64,000 nt of DNA from Desulfobacterales bacterium (GTDB lineage: Bacteria; Desulfobacterota; Desulfobacteria; Desulfobacterales; SURF-7). Positions 1 through 9,684 of this stretch are shown here, piece by piece. Position numbers and translations under genes: made by a program. Each line of letters begins with the position of its first letter. Within the stretch, counting starts at the first letter, position 1. The notes beneath the pieces were generated by a model. That model made no database searches. It worked only from the letters and a program-made list of their open reading frames with translations, and had not been told where the DNA came from. The DNA lies in contig JAWOIJ010000024.1 in the NCBI GenBank assembly GCA_046484745.1, positions 2,787 to 66,786 on the forward strand, written 5' to 3'.

Positions 1-1319
1 TCTTTGGTTTCCGAGTTTCTTTCGAGCTTGAGAGAGGGATCCTCCTCTTTAATTTTTGATAAGGCGATATAGATTTTATCTTCATCGCCCTTTGCTTTGG
101 ATTCAAGTGCAAATGAAATTAATGTCGGCAGCGGTTCAGCGCATTTGAATCGGATTTTACTTTTCTCGTCACACAGAGTATCGCCCGTTGTTGTCTCTTT
201 TAACTTCGCCACCGCGACGATCGAACCTGGAACAGCCTGGGTTGCAGGTTTCTGCTCTTTACCTGCGATGAACAAAAGCTGATTAAAACGTTCTTTGGTG
301 CTTTTGTTCACATTATAGAAAGTTCCGTCAGAACCAAGTGTTCCGGAGACGACGCGGAAGATGGAAAGTCTTCCCGCGTAGGGATCGGCAACCGTTTTAA
401 AAACAAAAGCGGAAAACGGGTCATCTGGTTTGCGCATGATTTCATTATCATTTGACACATCAAACCCGGGCCACGCTCCCCGATCCAGCGGAGAAGGCAT
501 GCAGCTGACAATAAAATCACAGAGAAGATCAATTCCGATATTTCTTGTCGAAGATCCGCACAGAACCGGAACAAACGTTTTTTCAAGGGTTCCTTTTTTA
601 AGAGCGGCTTTGAGCTCATCATCGGTCAGGGTTTCACCTTCCAGGTATTTTTCGATAAGCTCGTCATCCGCTTCCGCAATATTTTCGATGAATGCTTCCC
701 GTTCCGAATCCACCAGTTCCTGAAGATCGGAAGGGATATCGACAGGTGATGCGTTGCCGTTTTCATCATATTGATAAGCCTTCATGGATATAAGGTCCAC
801 GATACCTTTGAAATCAGCTTCTTTTCCAATGGGCAGCTGAACAATGATCGGTTTGGGATTGAAAGAACCAACCGCATCCTGGAACGAACGTCTGAAATCA
901 GCTCGTTCACGGTCAAGCTTATTGATAAAAATAGCACACGGCAGATTGTACTCCTCGGTAAACAGCCAGGCTTGCTCGGTCTGAACCTTTATGCCATCAA
1001 CACCATCGATCAAAACAACTGCGCTGTCCGCTGCCTGCATAGAACTTTTAGTATCGGAAAAAAAGTTTGAGTCTCCAGGGGTATCAATAATGCTTATGGT
1101 ATGTTTTTTCCATTCGATTTGGTGAAATCCGCTGCTGATGCTTGAAGTTCGTTTCAGTTCTTCAGGCTCAAAATCCATGACAGTATTACCATCTTCGACT
1201 TTGCCGATCCGTGTTGTGACCCCGGCATTGAAAAGCATAACTTCCGCAAGTGATGTTTTACCGGCTCCGCCGTGGGCCACAAGCGCTATGTTTCTTAATT
1301 TTTCAGCAATATCGTTCAT
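1..1319 (-). CDS. fusA: Elongation factor G paralogue (EF-G2-like), 3' end runs off the window
   Basis: Manual translation from ATG 1319 (SD GAGGAG): MNDIAEKLRNIALVAHGGAGKTSLAE...DTPG...INKLDRE, giving the G1/G3/G4 motifs. Not in the ORF track because it is truncated. Confidence 0.9.
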   Translation of the reverse strand, partial: MNDIAEKLRNIALVAHGGAGKTSLAEVMLFNAGVTTRIGKVEDGNTVMDFEPEELKRTSSISSGFHQIEWKKHTISIIDTPGDSNFFSDTKSSMQAADSAVVLIDGVDGIKVQTEQAWLFTEEYNLPCAIFINKLDRERADFRRSFQDAVGSFNPKPIIVQLPIGKEADFKGIVDLISMKAYQYDENGNASPVDIPSDLQELVDSEREAFIENIAEADDELIEKYLEGETLTDDELKAALKKGTLEKTFVPVLCGSSTRNIGIDLLCDFIVSCMPSPLDRGAWPGFDVSNDNEIMRKPDDPFSAFVFKTVADPYAGRLSIFRVVSGTLGSDGTFYNVNKSTKERFNQLLFIAGKEQKPATQAVPGSIVAVAKLKETTTGDTLCDEKSKIRFKCAEPLPTLISFALESKAKGDEDKIYIALSKIKEEDPSLKLERNSETK

Positions 1320-1629
1320 TTGCACTCCTCTCGAATAAAACTACGATTAATCAAATGGAAAATACTGTAAAGATATTAAACTATTTTTGTTATATTGTTT
1401 ATCTAAAAAAATCAAGTTCAAAAAAATGGATTACGGATGAAGGAATTATGTCAGAATATCGTGAACCGGAGCTGAGCATTTTAAATTTTCAGCAATGTTG
1501 ATTTTCTTTTATTTTCAAAAAACTGTATGAATTTATCTTTCGAAATTTAAAGCCCGATGGGATCTCCGATCTTACCGCAGCTGCGGTGCCGGATATTGCC
1601 GCGGTTCATGATGGAAACTTGTCAGCTTG

Positions 1630-2376
1630 TTAAACTTTTTCAAGAGTTAAAGAAATCAAAAACTCTTTGTTCCCTTTCGGTCCGAGAATGGGAGAAGGGA
1701 GGGCAGGGCTTACTGTCAATCCAATATCCTTAAAGAACCCGGTAAGATTCCGAATAACCCCTTCATGCAGTTCAGGATCTCTCACAACACCGCCTTTTCC
1801 GACTTTTCCTTTTCCGACTTCAAATTGTGGTTTGATAAGCGCTAGGATCGTGGCCTGTGTATTCATAAATTTCAAAACAGCCGGCACTACGATTTTCAAT
1901 GAGATAAAGGAAACATCAATGGTGACTAAATCAACCGAACAGGGCAGGGCGGATAAGGGCATATTTCGAATGTTTGTGCGTTCAATGACGACAACCCGGG
2001 AGTCGTTGCGGAGTGTCCATGCAAGCTGCCCATAGCCGACATCAACCGCAAACACCTTTTTTGCTCCGTTTTGAAGCAGACAATCGGTGAATCCGCCTGT
2101 AGAAGCCCCGATATCCAGGCAAACCAGGCCATCTGGATTCAGATTGAATGCAATAAGACCTTCTTGAAGTTTCAGGCCTCCACGACTGACAAAAGGCAAT
2201 TCTTCCTTTAGATCGATTGTATCGTCCGGACCGATCAATGTACCTGGTTTGTCGACCTGTTTATCGTTTACCTTAACCTTGCCGGCCATGATCAACGATT
2301 TTGCCCGCTGCCGGCTTGAAACAAGATTTTTTTCACAAAGAACAAGATCTAATCTTTTTCGGTTTCCATTGGACAT
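1630..2376 (-). CDS. tlyA: TlyA family rRNA 2'-O-methyltransferase (S4 + FtsJ)
   Basis: KRLD S4 start, FVSRGGLKL, LDIGASTGGFTD, LIKPQFE, GPKGNKEF; follows dxs as is typical. Confidence 0.93.
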   Translation of the reverse strand: MSNGNRKRLDLVLCEKNLVSSRQRAKSLIMAGKVKVNDKQVDKPGTLIGPDDTIDLKEELPFVSRGGLKLQEGLIAFNLNPDGLVCLDIGASTGGFTDCLLQNGAKKVFAVDVGYGQLAWTLRNDSRVVVIERTNIRNMPLSALPCSVDLVTIDVSFISLKIVVPAVLKFMNTQATILALIKPQFEVGKGKVGKGGVVRDPELHEGVIRNLTGFFKDIGLTVSPALPSPILGPKGNKEFLISLTLEKV

Positions 2377-4253
2377 TGTATTATTAATTCTTCTGCGCAC
2401 ATAACGATGGAATTTGCATCAATCCCATACTTGGATCGAAGTACACTCTGTGGCCCGTGTTCCACAAAAGTATCCGGTATTCCGATTCTTTTGATGGAAA
2501 AGCCTGAGATGCCGGCATCACAGAGGCATTCCAGTACGGCACTACCAAATCCACCGTGCAGCACGTGCTCTTCAATGGTTATGATTCGGGATATCTGTTG
2601 AGCCAGACGGCAGATTAATTCGGAATCGATCGGTTTGACATACCTGCAATTCACAACTGTCGCGGAGATTTCTTTTTCACGCAAAACCCTCATCGCATCC
2701 ATCGCTTCCGACACACAGCGTCCAATGGCAAGGATGAGAATATCATCACCTTCAGCGAGAATTTCTCCTTTTCCGATCTGTAGTGGTTCCGGAACGTCAT
2801 CAAGGCAAACCCCGACCCCTTTTCCACGCGGGTATCGAAGGGCGATCGGCCCCGGATGGAGGATTGCGGTTGCGAGCATCCTTCCAAGTTCATTTTCATC
2901 CTTGGGTGCCATCACAACCATGTTGGGGAAACTTCTCAGATATGAAAAATCGAAAAGCCCGTGATGCGTAGGGCCGTCTTCACCAACAATGCCGCCTCGA
3001 TCGATTGCAAAGACAACCGGCAGAGATTCAAGACACACATCATGCAGAATCTGGTCATATCCACGTTGCAGAAAGGTTGAATAGATAGCAACAACCGGCT
3101 TGAATCCTTCGGTGGCCATTCCCGCTGAAAAGGTTACACCATGCTGTTCCGCTATTCCGACATCATAAAAACGATCCGGGAACATTTCGGAAAATTTTGT
3201 CAGACCGGTACCCTCAGGCATCGCAGCGGTAACTGCAATGACTTTTTCATTTTTTTCCGCAAGTTTGATCATGGTATTTCCAAAAACTTCCGTATAGGTC
3301 GGAATTACACTCTTTTTTCCTTTGCAGTTACCGGTTTCAACCTCAAAACCTCCCACACCGTGAAAATATACCGGATTTCTTTCTGCGGGCAAGTATCCCT
3401 TTCCTTTCTGCGTGGTGACATGCAGAAGGACCGGCTCGTTAATATTTTTGATGTTTTCCATAATTTTGATCATATGTTTCAGGTTATGACCATCAATAGG
3501 ACCAAAATATTCAAAATTAAAAGCTTCGAACAACATTCCAGGCGTAACAAATGTTTTAAAAGATTCCTCCGAGCGTTTTGCGAACTGATAGATGTCGTCT
3601 CCTATTTTTGGCAGGGACTTTAAAAACTCTCCGAATTCTTTCCGCCATTCCTGAAGGGTTTTTGATGAAAATTTTCGGCTGAGAAATGAAGAAAGGGCGC
3701 CCACATTCTGGGTAATGGACATGTCATTGTCATTCAGAATAACAATAAGGTCTTTGTCCTTATGAATGTCTCCTGCCTGGTTCAAGCCTTCATACGCCAT
3801 GCCTGCGGTCATGGAACCATCGCCGATCACGGAAATCACTTTATTTTTTTCATTTTTAAGATGTTTTGCGCATGCGATCCCCAAACCGGCTGAGATAGAG
3901 GTGCTGCTGTGTCCGGTCGAAAAAGCATCGTAGGGGCTTTCACTTCTTCTCGTAAAACCGGATAATCCTCCATACTTGCGGATTGTATGAAAACGATCTT
4001 TTCGACCGGTAAGAAGCTTGTGCGCATAGGACTGGTGCCCCACATCCCAGATCAGTTTGTCATTCGGCAGATCAAAAACATAATGAATGGCTATTGCAAG
4101 CTCGACAACACCGAGACTGGAGGCGAGATGTCCTCCGTTTTGCGAAACCACATTGACAATGGTTTGTCGAATTTCGGCTGCGAGCTCACGCAGGTCTTTT
4201 TGGCTGAGCTGTTTTACATCGGCCGGAGATTCAATTTTTTCCAGAATACCCAC
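2349..4253 (-). CDS. dxs: 1-deoxy-D-xylulose-5-phosphate synthase
   Basis: GGHLASSLG, WDVGHQSY, GDGSMTAG, GIAEQH, DGPTHHG motifs; 634 aa. Confidence 0.97.
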   Translation of the reverse strand: MGILEKIESPADVKQLSQKDLRELAAEIRQTIVNVVSQNGGHLASSLGVVELAIAIHYVFDLPNDKLIWDVGHQSYAHKLLTGRKDRFHTIRKYGGLSGFTRRSESPYDAFSTGHSSTSISAGLGIACAKHLKNEKNKVISVIGDGSMTAGMAYEGLNQAGDIHKDKDLIVILNDNDMSITQNVGALSSFLSRKFSSKTLQEWRKEFGEFLKSLPKIGDDIYQFAKRSEESFKTFVTPGMLFEAFNFEYFGPIDGHNLKHMIKIMENIKNINEPVLLHVTTQKGKGYLPAERNPVYFHGVGGFEVETGNCKGKKSVIPTYTEVFGNTMIKLAEKNEKVIAVTAAMPEGTGLTKFSEMFPDRFYDVGIAEQHGVTFSAGMATEGFKPVVAIYSTFLQRGYDQILHDVCLESLPVVFAIDRGGIVGEDGPTHHGLFDFSYLRSFPNMVVMAPKDENELGRMLATAILHPGPIALRYPRGKGVGVCLDDVPEPLQIGKGEILAEGDDILILAIGRCVSEAMDAMRVLREKEISATVVNCRYVKPIDSELICRLAQQISRIITIEEHVLHGGFGSAVLECLCDAGISGFSIKRIGIPDTFVEHGPQSVLRSKYGIDANSIVMCAEELIIQCPMETEKD

Positions 4254-4271
4254 AATACCTTCGAACTCCTT

Positions 4272-5168
4272 TTATTTTTTTCGTTCTATGATGTAACGCG
4301 CTATCGCTCGAAGCGGTTCAGCCTTCTTATCAAACATTTTAAGGGCATTCAAGGAATCATCGACAAGTTTTTTTGCAAACTGTTTTGATTTGTCAACACC
4401 CACCAGAGACGGATAGGTGGATTTTTTTCTTGCGCTGTCGGTCCCAGCCGCCTTTCCCATAACTTCCGGATCACCCTCGACATTCAAAATGTCATCGGCA
4501 ACCTGGAAAGCGAGTCCAATGGTCCTGCCATACGCGGTAAGCATTTTAATTTGATCCGGGGTTCCATTGCCGAGTACGGCTCCTGCGTAGACGGAAGCTT
4601 CGATCAGTGCGCCGGTTTTCGCAAGATGGAGAACCTTCAAGGCTTCCATATCCAGATTTCCGCCTTCGGAAAGAATGTCCGCCATTTGCCCGGCAATCAT
4701 TCCCCGATACCCGGCGGCAGATGCAATTTTGTGTATTACATCCAGTTTTTTGAATGCATACTCGGACGAGATCAAATTCTCGTTTTTTGAAAGTACTTCA
4801 AAAGCCATCGTCAGCAGTGCATCTCCTGCGAGGATTGCGGTAGCTTCGTCAAAGGCAATATGGCAGGTTTGTTTTCCCCGCCTCATATCATCATCATCCA
4901 TCGCCGGAAGATCATCATGAATCAGGGAATAGGTATGAATCATTTCAAGCGAACATGCGGTCGCAAGAACCAGGTCTTCATCTCCTCCAACGATTTCGGC
5001 AGCGGCCAGACACAGCACCGGACGCAGTCTTTTTCCACCAGCCATGAGTGAATGACGCATCGCAGAAACAATCCGCTGTTCCGAGGTTCCTTCCTGACGG
5101 ACAATGCATCCCAGGGCGCTGTTTACAGCAGTTTGTTTTTCGATAAGATATTTTTTTAAATCAAACAT
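4272..5168 (-). CDS. ispA: Farnesyl diphosphate synthase
   Basis: GGKRLRP, HDDLPAMDDDDMRRG, FQVADD; xseB-ispA-dxs synteny. Confidence 0.95.
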   Translation of the reverse strand: MFDLKKYLIEKQTAVNSALGCIVRQEGTSEQRIVSAMRHSLMAGGKRLRPVLCLAAAEIVGGDEDLVLATACSLEMIHTYSLIHDDLPAMDDDDMRRGKQTCHIAFDEATAILAGDALLTMAFEVLSKNENLISSEYAFKKLDVIHKIASAAGYRGMIAGQMADILSEGGNLDMEALKVLHLAKTGALIEASVYAGAVLGNGTPDQIKMLTAYGRTIGLAFQVADDILNVEGDPEVMGKAAGTDSARKKSTYPSLVGVDKSKQFAKKLVDDSLNALKMFDKKAEPLRAIARYIIERKK

Positions 5169-5211
5169 ATACGATATCCGGATCCGGCAATGAATGAAAA
5201 TCGAGTTTGGA

Positions 5212-5448
5212 TTATTCTTCTAATGACTCGGAAATAAATGGTTTTTCGATAACATCTCCTGCCTGGTCCTTTAGAAGGATGGTGATTTTCCGTTCAATTT
5301 CATCCAATTTTGAAGAACACGACCTGGAAAGCTTGATACCATCCTCAAATTTTTTTAACGCCTTTTCAAGGGGAAGTTCGCCGGATTCCAGTTCTTCAAC
5401 GATTTGTTCCAGTTGTTGTAAGGATTGTTCAAATGTCTTTTTTGACAT
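5212..5448 (-). CDS. xseB: Exodeoxyribonuclease VII small subunit
   Basis: TFEQSLQQLEQIVEELESGELPLEKALKKFEDG; start moved to MSKKTFE. Confidence 0.95.
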   Translation of the reverse strand: MSKKTFEQSLQQLEQIVEELESGELPLEKALKKFEDGIKLSRSCSSKLDEIERKITILLKDQAGDVIEKPFISESLEE

Positions 5449-6796
5449 GGGATGATTTTCCTTCCACATTACAGGTTAGTATCCCTTTTGCAAGAATGAT
5501 TTCAAGATGTTCGCCGATTGAAACCGCTTCCGAATCCTGAATGATTTTTTTATTTATTATTTTTCGCGTAATGCTGTATCCGCGTTCGAGAACCGCAATT
5601 GGACTTAACGCATTCATTTTTCCGGTCGCCTCCAGTAAACGGAAACGATTTCTTGTTATACATAAATCCATAGATTTAAAAATGTTGGAGTAGTTTTGTT
5701 TAAGCTTCTCTTTATTCTTTTTTACCTGATCGCGAAAACGGGATGAAGCCAGACGTTTTTTCTGAAAAGAGAACTGATCGGATTGATATCGAAAATGGAA
5801 TGAAAGGGTCTTGACCATCTGATTGCAGAGATCATCGATTTTCAACCGGAAATTTTCAGCTGTTTTCTTCGGGTTGCTCAACCGGCTGGATAGCTCACGA
5901 ATTTGATGGCGACACTGCTTGACGCGCTGTTGCATGAGAGCTCCAAGCTGATTTCTTTTTGATTCAATATGATGCAGCATATCTGTTTTGACGGGTGTCA
6001 ACAGTTCGGCAGCAGCAGAAGGTGTCGGAGCTCTGAAATCGGCGACAAAGTCTGAAATCGTATAATCGGTTTCATGCCCAACCGCCGAAACAATAGGAAT
6101 ATTGGATGAAAAAATCGCTCTGGCAACCGTTTCCGTGTTAAAAGCCCATAAATCTTCAATTGAACCGCCGCCTCTGGCCAGTATCGCGACGTCTGAATCC
6201 AGGTTGGCGTTCATAAATGCAATGGCATCTGCGATTTCCCTTTCAGCAGAATCTCCCTGAACCGAAACCGGCAGAATTTGAATGAATATATTAGGAAATC
6301 GGCGGGTTGCAATCTTAATAATATCGTGAACCACGGCACCTGTGGACGAGGTAATAACGCAGATTTTTTCAGCTAACAATGGAATGGGTTTTTTAATGGA
6401 AGGATCAAAAAGTCCTTCCCGGCTTAGTTTTTCCTTTAGCTGCTCAAATGCGATCTGAAGCGCTCCAACGCCTTTGGGTTCCAGGTGTTCGATAATGATT
6501 TGATAGGTGCCTCTTGGCTCATATACGCTGATACGTCCCAGAGCCGTGATCTGCATACCATTTTCCGGGATAAAGTTCAGTCTGCGGTTCTGATTCCGAA
6601 ACATAACCGCGTTGATCTGGGCTGACCGGTCTTTGAGAGAAAAATAGTAGTGTCCGGAAACCGGTTTTGATAAATTTGAAATTTCACCGGTAATCCAGAT
6701 AATTGAAAACTTTTCTTCAAGCAGTGATTTAATATTTGCGGTGAGTTCGGATACCTGATAGATCTGTCTTGGTAACGAACCGTTCCAATGATTCAT
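5429..6796 (-). CDS. xseA: Exodeoxyribonuclease VII large subunit
   Basis: GEISN..SGHYYFSLKD, RGGGSIEDLWAFN, VGHETD, APTPSAAAE; start may be TTG 6808. Confidence 0.95.
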   Translation of the reverse strand: MNHWNGSLPRQIYQVSELTANIKSLLEEKFSIIWITGEISNLSKPVSGHYYFSLKDRSAQINAVMFRNQNRRLNFIPENGMQITALGRISVYEPRGTYQIIIEHLEPKGVGALQIAFEQLKEKLSREGLFDPSIKKPIPLLAEKICVITSSTGAVVHDIIKIATRRFPNIFIQILPVSVQGDSAEREIADAIAFMNANLDSDVAILARGGGSIEDLWAFNTETVARAIFSSNIPIVSAVGHETDYTISDFVADFRAPTPSAAAELLTPVKTDMLHHIESKRNQLGALMQQRVKQCRHQIRELSSRLSNPKKTAENFRLKIDDLCNQMVKTLSFHFRYQSDQFSFQKKRLASSRFRDQVKKNKEKLKQNYSNIFKSMDLCITRNRFRLLEATGKMNALSPIAVLERGYSITRKIINKKIIQDSEAVSIGEHLEIILAKGILTCNVEGKSSHVKKDI

Positions 6797-6979
6797 TGAA
6801 TATCCCAATAGTGCTGAAAGGTTTTAAAAGGCGAATTAAACTAGCACACTTCAAAAACGCATTCAATACCCAAATACCGGGCTGGTTTTATAACGTCTGA
6901 TAAGATATATTATGTAAACTTTTAATTCCGGGTATGGTTTCCGCTGCCGCAACAGTTCAATTCCACCCCTCTTGTTGTT

Positions 6980-7282
6980 TTATCGGGCAGTATGATGAGA
7001 TTTGTCGTTTCCTTTTTTGGTTCTGTATTGATCCAGAAAGTCGCGTACAGCAGGAACAATGTAAATATCATCGATGGGCATCTCTCCGAGACAGGAAGCC
7101 AGAATATCCACCTTTACGCTCAAATTTTTGTGCTTGTCCATAATAAACATCTGCCGGCCCTTTACCGTACACAAACCGCTTTTAACTCGAATTCCGGTAT
7201 TTTTAAAATTTTGTTCCGATACCGTGATTCCAAATTTTTCAGCCAGTTCTTTCAGACTGTGATAAAGCTGTTCAATTTTCAT
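6980..7282 (-). CDS. Small hypothetical protein
   Basis: 100-aa ORF, co-oriented upstream of xseA, protein-like composition. Confidence 0.65.
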   Translation of the reverse strand: MKIEQLYHSLKELAEKFGITVSEQNFKNTGIRVKSGLCTVKGRQMFIMDKHKNLSVKVDILASCLGEMPIDDIYIVPAVRDFLDQYRTKKGNDKSHHTAR

Positions 7283-7515
7283 TTCTGATACTCTGCGAGT
7301 TTAGATTTTAACAGATTTCAGCGCTCTTATAGCCTTTTTTGAAAAAAATGTAAATATATCAAATTGCCACGTTCAGGTTTAACATTTCACCCACTAAAAT
7401 CGGTTCACGTTTGTTGCTTCTTGCTTGAAAACTCAAAAAGATGTGTTATATTCTTCGGTAAAATAGCAGTGAATACAACCTTATCGAAGTTTTATCATTT
7501 TACGGAGGAAAATAG

Positions 7516-8223
7516 ATGCAACAGACGGTTCCATTTAAAGGTACTCAAACTCAAGTCATTGTAAACGGATTTATCCGGAGCGTTTATAACTGGATGGCCA
7601 TTGGGTTGGCACTCACCGGTTTTGCGGCGTTTTATGTCGTCAACAATGAAACCCTGGTCAATCTCATATTCAGCAACCCGATGATATTCTTTGGGCTGAT
7701 TATCGTTGAACTTGCGATGGTGTTTTCCATCAGTGCGCGAATCAATAAATTAAAGGCCTCCACAGCCACCTCTCTTTTTATCATATACGCCATATTAAAT
7801 GGCGTTACGCTTTCCAGCGTCCTTTTTATCTACACCATGTCATCGGTCGCTTCGACCTTCTTCATATGCGCGCTGACATTCGGTATATGCAGTGTCTATG
7901 GGATGGTTACCAAGAAAGACCTGACCAGCGTCGGTCAATTCATGTTTATGGGGTTGATTGGGATTATCGTCGCGTCCGTGGTCAACCTTTTTATCGGAAG
8001 TTCCGGGCTGAGCATGATTATCAGCTATCTTGGCGTTTTTATTTTCGTTGGCCTGACAGCCTACGACACCCAGAAACTGAAACAGATGGCCTTGACACAG
8101 CCCGCAGATCTGGATGCCGCCACCATTCGGAAAGGCGCAATCATGGGAGCGCTGACACTGTATCTGGATTTTATAAACATGTTCCTGTTTTTACTTCGTA
8201 TATTTGGAACGACCCGAGAGTAA
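7516..8223 (+). CDS. Bax inhibitor-1/YccA family membrane protein
   Basis: 7 hydrophobic helices, LTAYDTQKLK, GALTLYLDFINMF; SD GGAGG. Confidence 0.93.
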   Translation: MQQTVPFKGTQTQVIVNGFIRSVYNWMAIGLALTGFAAFYVVNNETLVNLIFSNPMIFFGLIIVELAMVFSISARINKLKASTATSLFIIYAILNGVTLSSVLFIYTMSSVASTFFICALTFGICSVYGMVTKKDLTSVGQFMFMGLIGIIVASVVNLFIGSSGLSMIISYLGVFIFVGLTAYDTQKLKQMALTQPADLDAATIRKGAIMGALTLYLDFINMFLFLLRIFGTTRE

Positions 8224-8231
8224 CTCCATAT

Positions 8232-8264
8232 CGCCGGAATACCTGTCAATCAGGTATTCCGGCG
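8232..8264. terminator. 14-bp perfect inverted repeat between convergent yccA and glmM
   Basis: cgccggaatacctg-tcaat-caggtattccggcg; no classic U-tract on either strand. Confidence 0.55.
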
Positions 8265-8324
8265 GAAAAACAAGCATAACAAACTAAATTTATAAAATAT
8301 TTTACCGGATTTGCCGATTCTTCA

Positions 8325-9680
8325 TTATCCGAGGATATTCTTTACAACTCCAGCGATTCGTGAACAGTGCTCTCGGGTTTCGCTGACCGAAGGACCTTCA
8401 ACCATTACTCTGCACACCGGCTGGGTTCCGGAATAGCGCACCAACACCCTTCCCTTGTCCCCCAGTTTTTTCTCAACAGACTTGATAACCTGGGTGACTT
8501 CAGGGACTGTTTCAAGATCAGGCTTCTTTTTCACATCCACATTGATCAGTTCCTGCGGAAAAATATCCATGATCTTTACCAGTTCTGACAAGGGTGTTGA
8601 CCGTTGAATCATCACTTCAAGTAATTTCAGCCCTGCAAGGATGCCATCCCCGGTTGTATGATGATCCAGGAAAAGGAGATGCCCGGAGGCTTCTCCGCCG
8701 ACAACCGCATCGAGCGCCACCATTTTTTCCATCACGTATCGATCGCCGACATCGCTGACATGATGTTCAATTCCCATTTTTTTTAATGCGATCCCAAGCC
8801 CGATATTGCTCATAACCGTACTCACCAGCAGATTATGCTGAAGTCTTCCCCGTTCTTTTAAAAAAGCCGCGCAAACAGCAAGTATCTGGTCTCCTGATGC
8901 GATCTGTCCTTTTTCATCTACAGCAATCAGACGGTCTCCATCACCGTCAAACGCAAGTCCGATATCCGCCCTTTCTGCGATCACCCTTTTTACAAGTAAT
9001 TCAGGGTTTTCTGACCCACATTCTCGATTGATATTGATGCCATCCGGATCGGAAAACAGTTGAATCACATCTCCTCCCAGTTCTGTAAAAACAATCGGAG
9101 CGGTCTGAAATGTCGCACCGTTGGCGCAGTCAATAACAATTTTCAATCCTTTCAGGGAAAAATCGTGGGGTGTACTGGATTTTAAAAAATCGGCATAATT
9201 CCGGACTGCATCTTTCAGAAAACAGATGCGTCCAATCTCCTGCGGGGAGGCGGCTGGTGATACAATTTTGTGGTCCAGAACAAGCTTTTCGATTTGACCT
9301 TCCTTCTCCTTGGAAAGCTTGAATCCTTTTCCGTTAAATATCTTAATCCCATTATCAGAATACGGGTTGTGCGAAGCGGAGATCACAATGCCGGCGTCTG
9401 CATTCAAACTTGCTGCAGCGTGTGCCACACCAGGAGTGGGTAAAATTCCTGTAAGGCTGACGTCCGCTCCCATGGAACAGACACCCGCAGCTATCGCATG
9501 CTCAAGCATCGTGCCGGATAAGCGCGTATCTTTTCCAACAAGTATCCTATCCTTTTTTTTATTTTTTTCTTGTCCGATTAAAAAAGCGACAGACCTCCCG
9601 ACCCGCAAGGCCATTTCGGCAGTAATCGGATATTGATTTGCACATCCCCGGATACCGTCTGTTCCGAACAGTTTTGTCAT
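8325..9680 (-). CDS. glmM: Phosphoglucosamine mutase
   Basis: KLFGTDGIRG, ISASHNP, FDGDGDR, RYSGT; start at MTKLFG. Confidence 0.95.
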   Translation of the reverse strand: MTKLFGTDGIRGCANQYPITAEMALRVGRSVAFLIGQEKNKKKDRILVGKDTRLSGTMLEHAIAAGVCSMGADVSLTGILPTPGVAHAAASLNADAGIVISASHNPYSDNGIKIFNGKGFKLSKEKEGQIEKLVLDHKIVSPAASPQEIGRICFLKDAVRNYADFLKSSTPHDFSLKGLKIVIDCANGATFQTAPIVFTELGGDVIQLFSDPDGININRECGSENPELLVKRVIAERADIGLAFDGDGDRLIAVDEKGQIASGDQILAVCAAFLKERGRLQHNLLVSTVMSNIGLGIALKKMGIEHHVSDVGDRYVMEKMVALDAVVGGEASGHLLFLDHHTTGDGILAGLKLLEVMIQRSTPLSELVKIMDIFPQELINVDVKKKPDLETVPEVTQVIKSVEKKLGDKGRVLVRYSGTQPVCRVMVEGPSVSETREHCSRIAGVVKNILG

Positions 9681-9684
9681 GCAA

